This document shows positions 10,735 to 21,057 of a stretch of 64,000 bases of DNA, in pieces. The translations under genes and the position numbers were made by a program. Location of the stretch: NCBI GenBank assembly GCA_964291315.2, contig OZ219753.1, positions 3,040,001-3,104,000 of the forward strand, written 5' to 3'. Each line of letters opens with the position of its first letter. Position 1 is the first letter of the stretch. The notes beneath the pieces are model-generated. The model saw nothing but the letters and a program-made list of their open reading frames with translations, was not told where the DNA came from and ran no database searches. Origin of the DNA: Candidatus Poribacteria bacterium (GTDB taxonomy: Bacteria > Poribacteria > WGA-4E > WGA-3G).

Positions 10735-11535
10735 GTGAAACACGCAGCTATTTTATTCTTTATCGGCTCAGCAATGTTTTACGGAATATCCGCTGAAGCA
10801 GTAAATTCTCTCGGAGATCCGTTTGACGGAAACGCTCTGAAAAACCCGAATTGGAAATGGAAAAGCTCCGATGAGCAAAATGTTGAACCAAAAGAGTGGG
10901 ATATGGGTAAAACAAAAGCAGGATGGCTTCACGTCACCGGTGAACTGAACCGTAATCTCTGGCCCTCGGACACGACAAATCGACTCTATCAGGAACATAC
11001 AGGGGATTTTGACATAGAGACGCATCTTTACATGGACTACGCGGATGCTTGCGTCGTCGCCGGTGTTGTTGCTTATTCACCGACAACGCAGGACCATCAA
11101 GGACGGGACGGTGAATGGGTGACTATCAAACTCTGGGGTCGTGGTCCCGCAGACGGTAACAATGCCGTCATTCAGTATCAGAAACGTCAGTTTGATAATG
11201 CTGAAGGACTTGTCGGGACTGTTCCCGGTTTCCAGGCCCCAGCAGGGAAAATGGACGTTTATATGCGACTCCGCCGTGAAAATGATACTTTTACAGCATG
11301 GTGGAAACGGAAAACCAACGACAAATGGATTGATATCGGCGAAACCGAACAGCAGTTCGATGAACCGCTTGAAGTAGGCATTTACGCCGGTATCTGCGCG
11401 GGTCAAGGCAAACAAATTGCGCAATTTGAGTACTTTGAAGACCTCCTGATGCCTTTCGATGTTTCCCCTCGTGCCAAACTACCGGTTGCTTGGGCGGACC
11501 TGAAACGCCAACACAGCACGTCGGGCGATCATTAG
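10735..11535 (+). CDS. Secreted ConA-like beta-sandwich protein (DUF1349-like), tandem paralog
   Basis: Shares DYADAC.VAG..YS.TT.DHQ.RDG.WVT.KLWGRG with 9884-10660; tail VSPRAKLPVAWADLK. Confidence 0.75.
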   Translation: MKHAAILFFIGSAMFYGISAEAVNSLGDPFDGNALKNPNWKWKSSDEQNVEPKEWDMGKTKAGWLHVTGELNRNLWPSDTTNRLYQEHTGDFDIETHLYMDYADACVVAGVVAYSPTTQDHQGRDGEWVTIKLWGRGPADGNNAVIQYQKRQFDNAEGLVGTVPGFQAPAGKMDVYMRLRRENDTFTAWWKRKTNDKWIDIGETEQQFDEPLEVGIYAGICAGQGKQIAQFEYFEDLLMPFDVSPRAKLPVAWADLKRQHSTSGDH

Positions 11536-11578
11536 TTTTTGTCTAAACTGGGAGTCATGCCAAAGTTTCTTGCCGGAA

Positions 11579-12460
11579 ATGAAACGTGCCTGTTTTGCTA
11601 TCCTCATATTTATCTTTGTAACTCATGGTGAGTTTGCTTTTGCCGAAGTTAGTAGTGAGGCTCAAAAAGTTCTCAATACAATAGAATGGGTCTCTATTCC
11701 AGCTGGCACGTTCCTGATGGGATCGACACCCGAGGAAGTAGAGGCAGCTTACGAGGACGCGAAGTTACGGAGCTCCATGCTTGAGCGGCACACTTTTGAT
11801 GCAGAATTGCCACAACACCAGGTTTATCTGAGCGCTTATGAAATCTCACGGTGCGAAATCACAAACGCGCAATACCGCGCTTTTATTGAAACAACCAATC
11901 GTCCGATGCCGTGCGGGCACAATGGAGAAGAAACTTGGGCAGATGAAACGCTGAACGCCGATACGCAACCTATAGTCGGCGTAACGTGGTTTGACGCGCA
12001 AGCGTTCGCGGAATGGATTGGTGGAAGCCTGCCGACTGAAGCGCAATGGGAACGTGCGGCACGCGGCACAGTAGCCCGCACATATCCGTGGGGAAACACC
12101 CGTCCCAAGGTGCGTCAACATGCTAACTTTGCGCGTCGCTATAATCGTCCAATGCCGGTCGGACAATTCCCAGAAGGTGAATCACCAGACGGCATCGCAG
12201 ACCTCGCTGGAAATGTATGGGAATGGTGTCTCGATGAATACAATTCAACAACCTATCAGCGTGGCAGTGTAGACGATCCCCGAAATCCGCTCAACCTTCG
12301 CTTCCGAGACGTGCTTCGGCCTAGAGTAATTCGTGGTGGTGCGTGGGATGTAGGTAGGGCGTTTCTCCGCTCAGGTTTGCGGTTCAAATTCTATCCTTTG
12401 GATTCAACGCATACGATCGGGTTTCGGATAGTCCGCCCACGCCCAAAAATAAAAGAATAA
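11579..12460 (+). CDS. FGE-sulfatase (SUMF1/EgtB/PvdO) domain protein
   Basis: IPAGTFLMG, LPTEAQWERAARG, YPWG, DLAGNVWEW, GFR. Confidence 0.9.
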   Translation: MKRACFAILIFIFVTHGEFAFAEVSSEAQKVLNTIEWVSIPAGTFLMGSTPEEVEAAYEDAKLRSSMLERHTFDAELPQHQVYLSAYEISRCEITNAQYRAFIETTNRPMPCGHNGEETWADETLNADTQPIVGVTWFDAQAFAEWIGGSLPTEAQWERAARGTVARTYPWGNTRPKVRQHANFARRYNRPMPVGQFPEGESPDGIADLAGNVWEWCLDEYNSTTYQRGSVDDPRNPLNLRFRDVLRPRVIRGGAWDVGRAFLRSGLRFKFYPLDSTHTIGFRIVRPRPKIKE

Positions 12461-12473
12461 ACTGCGTATCACC

Positions 12474-14141
12474 ATGTTCCAACGTAGGTACTGCCTCACC
12501 TGTTTGTTAGTATCCATACTAACAGGGAATTCTCTTTTCATATTTCCTCACTTCAGCAGCGCTGATCCTTTTTTCCGCGACGTAACCGACGCGATGAATC
12601 TCAATTTTCGGCATATCAACGGATTTTCGGCAGAGCGCCGACTCGTCGAGACAATGGGAAGCGGCGGCGCCCTCTTCGATTTCGATAACGACGATGATCT
12701 GGACCTCTATTTGGTTCAAGGCAACTCACTCTCTCCATCAGTAGAACCCCCTAAAAATCGACTTTACCGAAACGATGCTAGTATTTTTGTTGACATCACC
12801 GAAACGTCAAACGTTGGTCACACCGGCTACGGATTTGGTGCTGTCGCAGCAGACTACAACTCTGATGGGTATCCCGATCTGTATGTGACAAACTTGGAGG
12901 AAAATGTACTATACCGCAACAATGGGGATGGCACGTTTACCGATGTAACTGAGCGGGCACAAGTGGGGTGTTCCCTGTTGAGTACGAGTGCGGCGTTTGC
13001 TGACATCGACCGGGATGGTGACCTTGATCTCTATGTGTGTAACTACGTCGAGTACACTTTGGAAACTGACATCCCTTGCTATTACAAAGATGCCGTGCGT
13101 ATCTACTGCGGGCCCAACGAATATCACGGCATCGCCGATGTGCTATACCGCAACAACGGCGATGGCACGTTTACTGATATTACAAAATCAGCGGGCGTTT
13201 ATGAACCGACGACACGGGGGCTTGGCGTTGTTTTCACGGACGTGGACAAGGACGGTTGGGTGGACATCTACGTGGCAAATGATATGTCACCGAACACACT
13301 TTTTATTAACCAAGGTAATGGGAGCTTCCAAGAAGAAGGCGTGCTTCGGGGCGTAGCCTATAACGGCGATGGTTTGGCAAACGGATCAATGGGGGTAGAT
13401 GCCGGCGACTATGATAATGACGGCGACATTGACCTTTGGGTATCGAATTTCGCACTAGAGGCCAACTGCCTGATGCAAAACAACGGCATAGGTTATTTTG
13501 AGGACGTGACCTTTGACACAAACCTCGCCACCCCATCCTTCTACGCGCTCGGCTTCGGTACTCGTTTTATTGACTTTGATAATGACGGTTGGTTAGATCT
13601 CCTCGTAGGAAATGGACACATCTGGGATAACGTGAAACAGATTGACGCGAAACAGCGTTATGCACAGCCCGTGCAGCTGTTTCGCAATCAAATTGGTACT
13701 TCACAAAACCGGACCGGCTTCATTGAAATCACCGCTGAGGCCGGATTAAATCAGACACATTACGTCGTCCGTGGAATGCTTTTCGGGGATATAGATACAG
13801 ACGGCGATGTAGATGTTGTGCTTTGTCAATCGAACCGTCCAGCCGTCGTTCTTAAAAATGAGGTCGGCAATGCAAACGCATGGCTAACGGTAAAATTGGT
13901 AGGTGCAGATGGCAATACAGACGCAATCGGGGCACAAGTTCATGTAGAAACAGACAAAACGTCGCTCCTGCGGGAGGTTATTTGCGGCGCGAGCTACCTC
14001 TCAGGCAACGATCTCCGCCTTATCTTTGGTCTAGGAAGTGCTACACAGGTAAACAACATCCAAATTCGCTGGCACAACGGGCGCGTTCAGCACTTAGGGG
14101 AGACAGCAATTCGGCAATCTATAACACTCTTTCAAGATTGA
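12474..14141 (+). CDS. CRTAC1/ASPIC-UnbV family FG-GAP repeat protein
   Basis: Multiple DxDxDGxxDL and LYRNNGDGTFTD repeats; C-terminal DAIGA...SYLS...FGLG. Confidence 0.92.
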   Translation: MFQRRYCLTCLLVSILTGNSLFIFPHFSSADPFFRDVTDAMNLNFRHINGFSAERRLVETMGSGGALFDFDNDDDLDLYLVQGNSLSPSVEPPKNRLYRNDASIFVDITETSNVGHTGYGFGAVAADYNSDGYPDLYVTNLEENVLYRNNGDGTFTDVTERAQVGCSLLSTSAAFADIDRDGDLDLYVCNYVEYTLETDIPCYYKDAVRIYCGPNEYHGIADVLYRNNGDGTFTDITKSAGVYEPTTRGLGVVFTDVDKDGWVDIYVANDMSPNTLFINQGNGSFQEEGVLRGVAYNGDGLANGSMGVDAGDYDNDGDIDLWVSNFALEANCLMQNNGIGYFEDVTFDTNLATPSFYALGFGTRFIDFDNDGWLDLLVGNGHIWDNVKQIDAKQRYAQPVQLFRNQIGTSQNRTGFIEITAEAGLNQTHYVVRGMLFGDIDTDGDVDVVLCQSNRPAVVLKNEVGNANAWLTVKLVGADGNTDAIGAQVHVETDKTSLLREVICGASYLSGNDLRLIFGLGSATQVNNIQIRWHNGRVQHLGETAIRQSITLFQD

Positions 14142-14238
14142 CACAATTGCGTGCTGGCGTTACAATTTGGATACGGTAGGTTCGGACTTTCCTAAAACTG
14201 AAAACCTAAAATTGAGGTTTTGTGAGAAGAGTTGAAGG

Positions 14239-14262
14239 GCACAGACTGACAGTGTATGCTAC
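14239..14262 (-). repeat. GTAG-type REP-like palindrome, copy 1
   Basis: Reverse complement GTAGCATACACTGTCAGTCTGTGC; near-identical copies at 27223 and 42664. Confidence 0.6.
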
Positions 14263-14406
14263 AAGTCCGTTGCAGAGGAAGGGAATAGGTTAATTGAGGT
14301 CTGTATAGATTCCTTTGGCTGGAGTGAAACCGCACCTCCATCTTCAATCTATCCCAACCTATTCAGTCAGGGACGGACACCAGATCCCAACACCGATGAC
14401 AGCGAA

Positions 14407-14442
14407 TAAAAAAACCCGTACCTTTGTTCAGATACGGGTTTT
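14407..14442 (-). terminator. Intrinsic terminator (possibly bidirectional)
   Basis: AAAACCCGTA-12 nt-TACGGGTTTT with A/T tails, 18 nt after the stop of 14461-15183. Confidence 0.7.
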
Positions 14443-14460
14443 CTGTTAACGGACAAAGAT

Positions 14461-15183
14461 TTACTGCCGCTTGAGGTCTGCCCATTGGGTTGCCAGTTTC
14501 CCTTGCGGTTCGACCGGTGTCAGGATATCTAAGAAGAGATTGTCCATCGTCGGAGCGATGAGAAGATCAGTGTCCGTGGTTTCAAAATGAAGGTTGACGT
14601 AATCGGAACCACCGGAGTCACCACATTTGAAGTGCAGAAAATTCTCGCCCTTCTTGAGTTGAATCTCGGTTGGCGTTGTGACTTCTTGAACGCCGCCGGT
14701 CCACGCTGAATTGTCGTAGACCTGCTCCCCGTTGATCCAGATTTGTGCATGGTCGTCATGTGCAGGGTGCATGACTGTTGTCCGTTCATCTGGTGAAATA
14801 ATGGCAATGATGCCGTGCCACGTGATGTTGTCTGCTGGTGGATAATCGTGGCTTGTAGACATATTTGATCCATCTTCGATGTTAATGTTAACGATCGACC
14901 AAGCAAGTGTACCGCCGTTATCTGGAAGGTTGACGATGGTGCTTGCGGTTTTCCCAGCCCCGTCCCGTGTGGAAACAGAAGCGTTTGAAATAAGGCCATC
15001 GCTACCTTCAGCGAGATAATCAATACCAGCAGAGGTGGCGAAACCTCCGGTATCTGTTACCAGATCAAGTCCCCACCATTTTGCAATCCAATTATCACCC
15101 GCCGGTTGCCAATTTTGTGCAACTGCCATGGGCGTAATCAGGACAACACAAGCAAGTGTGATAAAGATTGTGAATTTTTTCAT
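14461..15183 (-). CDS. Secreted beta-sandwich protein with C-terminal VEPQGKLATQWADLK tail
   Basis: Signal peptide MKKFTIF...AVA; HDDHAQIWING and LKKGEN motifs (PA14/galactose-binding-like). Confidence 0.75.
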   Translation of the reverse strand: MKKFTIFITLACVVLITPMAVAQNWQPAGDNWIAKWWGLDLVTDTGGFATSAGIDYLAEGSDGLISNASVSTRDGAGKTASTIVNLPDNGGTLAWSIVNINIEDGSNMSTSHDYPPADNITWHGIIAIISPDERTTVMHPAHDDHAQIWINGEQVYDNSAWTGGVQEVTTPTEIQLKKGENFLHFKCGDSGGSDYVNLHFETTDTDLLIAPTMDNLFLDILTPVEPQGKLATQWADLKRQ

Positions 15184-15421
15184 AGCTATGAAATCTCCTT
15201 CTTCAATAGAGATAAGGTTCAGAGCTTTTGAGCAAGAAGCGCGCTTCCCAAAACCCATCCCCTCGTCAAAATTTTACATTTAGTGATCGCAGTACTGCAT
15301 GCAAATCACGATTTTTTTGAGGTTGACGTTCCCCCGGTAAACCGATGTCGGTTAATTATTTTTTCATCTTTCGCAGAGTAGTATACGTCACCCCGGAAAA
15401 GCGATAGAATCACTATGGGAC

Positions 15422-15451
15422 ATTATAGCACTTTTTAAGGATGAATTGCAA
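15422..15451 (-). promoter_or_regulatory. Sigma70-like promoter
   Basis: TTGCAA-18-TATAAT with extended -10 TG, upstream of the gene at 15183. Confidence 0.5.
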
Positions 15452-15751
15452 GAAAAAAGTGCATCAGTTGAAAATTTCCTAAAAGTGTAGTATTAAGCAG
15501 AGAACTTGTCAACTTTAATTTGATCTACTCCGTCTCCCTATGGTATAATAAATACCTAAATTCTGAAAAGAACCGATGCCCCTTTCTTCACATTTTCTTA
15601 AAACTTCATAGCAACAGCGGTCTTCGGACACAGTTGAAGCATCATCTTTCATGGAATATTGGGAGGGAATTGGTTTGATCCGATCTATACGTTGCTGGTA
15701 TCCGCGCAACCAGGACTCTTAACAATAAGACAGAGGGATGGAGAAAGTATC

Positions 15752-17962
15752 ATGGATCGTTCCCATAACAGACACCGTTCAGTGCGTGCATTGCTCTTTG
15801 CCGGTATTATCCATCTGAGTCTTGCTATCGTCTTTATGTTCTCTTTTTACGCGGACAGACAAATACGGAATGAAGACGCGCTAGCAGTGGAATTGATTAA
15901 TTCGAAATCTTTTCGAGAACAGCGTCGCACGCTCAAATTGCCGCCCCCCAAAGAAATTTTCGCCCCTCAGCGGCCCGATGACTCCACTGATGCACATCAA
16001 CGTCATTTAGATTTACACGCTGCTGCCGATTTAATAGATGAGACGATCCATCAATCAGAGGCAGAGCTTCTCCAGAGTGCGACTGCATCTATATCAAACA
16101 CCGAGACCACACCTCCGTACGTGACGACCTATGCAGCGCGGTTCAATAGCCGCGAAACACCGATCGCTGAATCGGTGGACGTTCCGTTCCAAATCTCCGC
16201 TGGGGCCGGTATAGAGAGCTTACGGCAACGCGTTAAAGGTGCCAGCGACGGATTTCGCAAACTGGAATCTACCGGGGCTTCTGAAATCGGAAAGATCGGT
16301 GTCGGTAATGGCGGCGACAAAGGCGATGGGAGTGGCGACGGAAAAGGTCGCAATCCATTCGCCAAAGCACTCAAACGTATCGCTGACCATATCGTTGGCA
16401 CACGCCAATTGGAGAAAGTAAACGTTGTATTTGTGCTCGACACGAGTGCCAGCATGCGTGATAATATCCAAGAAGTCGCCTCGAATCTGTATGCGATGAC
16501 CGATGAATTCGATCTCATCAACTTAGAATATCACCTCGGGATGTGCGAATTCAGTGTCCGGCGTGAAGGCCAGAAGCTTGAAATCCGCTCTCTGTTACCC
16601 GACGTTGGCATGCTGCGGAGACGAATGCAAAAAGCAACGCTCAGCGGCAACGAACACGCCCTTGATGCCCTTACGGATACACCAAATTATATCGACTTTC
16701 ACGCCGATGCAGATAAATATGTCGTCCTCGTAACCGATGAACCCGCATCTACACATCTGAGAAAAGCTGGGGCTTACACAATAATGCGACAAAAGGTGAT
16801 CCAACAATATCAACTTGAGGAGATTAGCGTTAACGTGCTTGGACATCCAGAGCTGTTTCAGCAAGAGTTAGCAGAAAAAACAGGCGGGCTTTGGCAGCTA
16901 ATTCCCGGAGACATCAAGAACGCAACCACACTTCCGAGCAACCGTGTTGCCAACGAAGGGTTTATGAAGGTGTTTCGGGATATCGTCACTGATCTGCGAC
17001 GCAACAGTGGCAAACTGCTATTCAGTATGGAACCACAGTTTGAAGTTCTCCTCGAAGACGCAGATGTGCCGATAAAGAAGATACAACGTGAATTCCGACA
17101 AAACGGGATCCGCTTAGCAAACATGGATAATCTGTTTGGAAGCGCTACGGTCTGGGAAAAACAGAAGGGTGCCTTATGGGTCGTTACAGACTACGCTAAC
17201 GGACGTATCTACACGATCCGCAAAGAGGACAACAAGTTAAATGTCTATTCCGGTATTTACCCTGAAAGTTGGAACGCCTCTACAAATCTTACTGCTATGA
17301 CGCAAAAACAGGGGCGGAGATGGCTCATAAACGATTCGAATCGACAACGTATGTTCACCGTCCGCAGTGAAGACAATCGATTGAATATCTACGATGGCGC
17401 AGCACTCAGTACATCCTCTGATAGGGAAGTGCGCGGATACGAACCAGCTGTGGATATCGTCATCATGCTAGATTACAGCCGGAGTATGGGTGGGAAATCT
17501 CAAGCTATCACGCTCGGTTTAAGCACCTTGTTCGGCAGGTTAGACATTCTACCGATTAACTACCGCATCGGGCTCATCCGGTTCGCAGAAGCGAAAGATG
17601 CAATTAAAGTCATTAACGGTGTTTCGGTCACACAGATGCCACTCAACAAAGCGATCTTAGAAAGCTACATGGAGGCCCCGTTCGGTGGCGATGAACATCT
17701 TATTGACGCAATCGTAGAAGGGATTCCGAAAGTAAAGTTCAGTCCTTACGCCAGCCGATTTTTGCTCATTCTGACAGACGAACCGACAACCGGAAAATAC
17801 CCACCTGAACGAGCTCTGAATCTCTGTCAATCGTTAGGTATCCGTGCTTATATTATCGGGCATCCGGGACCCGCAGATTTTCAAAAAACACTCGCTGAAG
17901 AGACTGGCGGTCGTTTCTTTACAATGCCGAAGCATTTGAGGCAGTCGTATCCAAATCAATAG
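15752..17962 (+). CDS. Membrane-anchored protein with two VWA domains
   Basis: N-terminal TM helix, Gly-rich linker, two MIDAS motifs (VLDTSAS, MLDYSRS), each with a downstream TDEP. Confidence 0.85.
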   Translation: MDRSHNRHRSVRALLFAGIIHLSLAIVFMFSFYADRQIRNEDALAVELINSKSFREQRRTLKLPPPKEIFAPQRPDDSTDAHQRHLDLHAAADLIDETIHQSEAELLQSATASISNTETTPPYVTTYAARFNSRETPIAESVDVPFQISAGAGIESLRQRVKGASDGFRKLESTGASEIGKIGVGNGGDKGDGSGDGKGRNPFAKALKRIADHIVGTRQLEKVNVVFVLDTSASMRDNIQEVASNLYAMTDEFDLINLEYHLGMCEFSVRREGQKLEIRSLLPDVGMLRRRMQKATLSGNEHALDALTDTPNYIDFHADADKYVVLVTDEPASTHLRKAGAYTIMRQKVIQQYQLEEISVNVLGHPELFQQELAEKTGGLWQLIPGDIKNATTLPSNRVANEGFMKVFRDIVTDLRRNSGKLLFSMEPQFEVLLEDADVPIKKIQREFRQNGIRLANMDNLFGSATVWEKQKGALWVVTDYANGRIYTIRKEDNKLNVYSGIYPESWNASTNLTAMTQKQGRRWLINDSNRQRMFTVRSEDNRLNIYDGAALSTSSDREVRGYEPAVDIVIMLDYSRSMGGKSQAITLGLSTLFGRLDILPINYRIGLIRFAEAKDAIKVINGVSVTQMPLNKAILESYMEAPFGGDEHLIDAIVEGIPKVKFSPYASRFLLILTDEPTTGKYPPERALNLCQSLGIRAYIIGHPGPADFQKTLAEETGGRFFTMPKHLRQSYPNQ

Positions 17963-18089
17963 CTTATCAGCGATTAGCGTTTAAATGTGTATAGGTAAAT
18001 TGTGAGCGTTACGATACGGTTGTCCGGGGGCAGCACGATCTGATAGAACCAAAACGGATTCTAAAATTAATAACTGAAAGGAAACAAGT

Positions 18090-18611
18090 ATGGCGACAAC
18101 TTCTAGAAGTACACAACAACACAGAGAAATAGCAACTCAAGAGGGGCCTGTCGCGGTGGCGATTGTCACTGTGAGCGACACACGCACCCCGGAAACAGAT
18201 AAAAATGCGGCTTTTTTGCGCGAGCAACTCGCAGCAGAAGGGAATAGCGTCGCTGCTTATCAAATCATTAAAGACGAACCTGACCAAGTGGCATCAATAT
18301 TGGATAAAATGGCGGAGAGCGAGGCGCAGGTTATCCTATTCAACGGCGGTACCGGTATTGCACCCCGCGACACAACCTTTGACGTTCTCAAGCGTAAAAT
18401 GGAAAAGACTCTGCCGGGATTTGGAGAACTCTTTCGGATATTTAGTTATGATCAGGTCGGAGCCGCAGCGATCCTGTCGAGAGCAACGGCCGGCGTTTAT
18501 CGCGGAAAGGTCATTATCTCCACGCCGGGGTCAACCGCTGCAGTACAATTGGCGTGGGAGAAACTGATTGGACCCGAGTTGCAACATCTTGCGTGGGAAG
18601 TGGGACGCTAA
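18090..18611 (+). CDS. moaB: Molybdenum cofactor biosynthesis protein B (MogA/MoaB family)
   Basis: [34 protein letters not shown]. Confidence 0.9.
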   Translation: MATTSRSTQQHREIATQEGPVAVAIVTVSDTRTPETDKNAAFLREQLAAEGNSVAAYQIIKDEPDQVASILDKMAESEAQVILFNGGTGIAPRDTTFDVLKRKMEKTLPGFGELFRIFSYDQVGAAAILSRATAGVYRGKVIISTPGSTAAVQLAWEKLIGPELQHLAWEVGR

Positions 18612-18654
18612 TCCGTCTTAACGTATTCCTTATCAATCGCGGTCCGGATTAACC

Positions 18655-18688
18655 AAGATAGGCGAGGTTGGAAAACTTCGCCTATCTT
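18655..18688. terminator. Long hairpin between convergent genes
   Basis: AAGATAGGCGAGGTT-GGAA-AACTTCGCCTATCTT. Confidence 0.6.
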
Positions 18689-18747
18689 TCCGAATAAAAC
18701 CTCCAAACCCAACATCCTATCACTAACCGCTACCCGTCAACAGCCCT

Positions 18748-19668
18748 CTACAATACTTCACGGGCAAACGTATAAACATCCCGCAACCATGACCTATAAT
18801 AGATACCGTTTGCATAACAGAAATAGAGCAATTTCAACCCGAGAATACCGATCAAACAGGCAAACAGAATCGTCAACAGACTGTAATCCCAGGCTCGCAT
18901 CTTTAGCGTCCGTAGGGAAGTACGGTCTGCTGTTGTCTCTGCTGAAAACCCTCGGCTTTCAACGGATTGACTGAGATGTGTCGCATGCCGTATATTTCCT
19001 GCTAAGATCGGACGCAAGCTATTCAGCACCGCACGACAGGTAGTGAATAAATTGAGACGAAAATAGCGGAAACCCCTTAATTGCTGCGAACGAAGGACAG
19101 TTGCGGTTTCATTCGCAATGACCGGAATGAAATGTAGGGCCGTTGTGACCATAAAAGCGAGTGCGCCTGGCACGCGCAATTGGGTCAGCGCGAGAAGGAG
19201 ATCACGCGGCTGCGTTGTCCAGACGATGAAACACCCAATGACCAATGTGGTGCTGAAACGTAGAGATTGGACAATCCCGTGAAATAAGCCCTCTTGATAG
19301 ACACGGATGCCGCCGGTCACTTTCCCGATGAGCGGCAGATCAGCAGGCACAAGCGTAAATAGCGGGGTACGTGGAAACTCGTTATAGAAGATTGCTTGAC
19401 TGTAGATCAAGCCCCATACCGTGAAAAAGAGGAAGGTAGAGAGGAGTCCAATCTGCCGCCATGTCGGTATAGACACGGCAATCAGCGTGAGGCTGCCCAC
19501 GAAACAGACCAGCAGTGCCGTCGGACTATCCAGCAGGATGACAAAACATCCGGCGAGGATCATCACCAGGATCTTTGTGCGGGGTTCAAGTATGGCGTTG
19601 TGCATTGTGCAGTTTTTCCGGAGAAACCTCCGAGATAAGTATAGCAGATTTGGTACAAGGCTTTCCAA
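18748..19668 (-). CDS. ECF transporter transmembrane component T (EcfT/CbiQ)
   Basis: LEPRTK, TT.PRDL..AL..LRVP, SQQLRG and ESRGF motifs; start may be further downstream (MHNAIL). Confidence 0.85.
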   Translation of the reverse strand: MESLVPNLLYLSRRFLRKNCTMHNAILEPRTKILVMILAGCFVILLDSPTALLVCFVGSLTLIAVSIPTWRQIGLLSTFLFFTVWGLIYSQAIFYNEFPRTPLFTLVPADLPLIGKVTGGIRVYQEGLFHGIVQSLRFSTTLVIGCFIVWTTQPRDLLLALTQLRVPGALAFMVTTALHFIPVIANETATVLRSQQLRGFRYFRLNLFTTCRAVLNSLRPILAGNIRHATHLSQSVESRGFSAETTADRTSLRTLKMRAWDYSLLTILFACLIGILGLKLLYFCYANGIYYRSWLRDVYTFAREVL

Positions 19669-19902
19669 TTAATAATAGTCTTCCCGGATACACTTTAGGG
19701 GTAAACGCAGCCGTATTGTGTATGATAGGCTCCGCAAATCTCGCCTCTCCCTATAAAAGACAACGTGGTGATATAGAAAGACAACGTATAACAAGCGTGG
19801 GAAAAGACCGACAACTCATAACTAAAACTTGACTGCTGCGCGGATATATGCTAATCTACTTTTTGGAACAAACATTTTATATCTTCTTGAAAGGGGTAGT
19901 TA

Positions 19903-20940
19903 ATGGAACAGTGGATTACAGATATTATTAGTGGGTTACCAAGTATAGCTCTTTTTTTGATAATTGCTGTGACGCTTTACACAATAGGGAAAGGGGCAGA
20001 TTGGCTTGTTGACGAAGCCGTAACTCTCTCAACCCGATGGGGTTTGGGGAAAGCAGTCATCGGTGCGACGATCGTGAGCATCGGCACAACAATGCCAGAG
20101 GCGGCGGTCTCTGTGCTATCGGCGATACAAGGGAAACCAGGACTTGCACTCGGCAATGCAGTCGGCTCAATTATTTGTGACACAGGGCTTATTTTGGGAT
20201 TGGCATCTTTAATCGCTCCGTTACCACTTAACCGCGAGTTGACTTCACGACTCTCAAATGTACAGGTAGGTGCCGGTATCCTTCTGGTCGTCGGCTGTTT
20301 TCCATGGGCAGCCCCAGCGAGAGTTTTCACGCAAGGTGGGACTCTGCCGCAACTTGTAGGGATCGTCTTCGTTATCCTTCTAGCGTTATATATCTGGCAA
20401 TCTATCCGATGGGCAAGTGCAGCGGGTGCGAACCCTGAGAATGGAGAAGGCGCAGAAGTGGAGGGGGCGGGTGGGTTTGGTACGCTTATTAAACTGATTC
20501 TATCAATCGGTATCATTGTTATCTCTGCTCAAATCCTAATCCCAGGTGTGAGTATCATGGCAGAGAGGATCGGCGTGCCGAAGCATATCATTTCAGCGAC
20601 GCTTGTTGCCTTCGGGACATCACTGCCTGAACTTGTAACGGCCATAACAGCCGTCAGGCGGGGACACGGTGAATTGGCAGTCGGAAACATTATTGGTGCG
20701 GATATCCTGAATGTGCTTTTTGTGGCCGGAGTTTCAACAGCTGCCACACAAGGCGGTCTGCAAGCAGATGGACAATTCTTCCAATTCCTGTTCCCCGCAA
20801 TGCTGTTCATCCTTATCGTCTTCCGGTGCGGGATATTTGTATCAGGGGACCAGTTAAAACGCCCGTTTGGCGTGGTGTTGGTTGCAGCCTGGTTTTTGGT
20901 GACAATCCTAAGTTACCTCCTTTCAATTAAGATGCATTAG
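19903..20940 (+). CDS. Sodium:calcium antiporter (YrbG/CaCA family)
   Basis: Two alpha repeats, GTTMPE...GNAVGS and GTSLPE...GNIIGA; TTGACT-17-TAATCT at 19829-19857. Confidence 0.92.
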   Translation: MEQWITDIISGLPSIALFLIIAVTLYTIGKGADWLVDEAVTLSTRWGLGKAVIGATIVSIGTTMPEAAVSVLSAIQGKPGLALGNAVGSIICDTGLILGLASLIAPLPLNRELTSRLSNVQVGAGILLVVGCFPWAAPARVFTQGGTLPQLVGIVFVILLALYIWQSIRWASAAGANPENGEGAEVEGAGGFGTLIKLILSIGIIVISAQILIPGVSIMAERIGVPKHIISATLVAFGTSLPELVTAITAVRRGHGELAVGNIIGADILNVLFVAGVSTAATQGGLQADGQFFQFLFPAMLFILIVFRCGIFVSGDQLKRPFGVVLVAAWFLVTILSYLLSIKMH

Positions 20941-21057
20941 GCGTTATCGCGAGTTAATGCGTCTAATTTTTATATTGTAATTGTTGACAAATTTGTGAAG
21001 ATATGTGATAGTACAAATCCAAGTTTAGACCTAAATTACAGAAGGTTCAAAGGAGGC

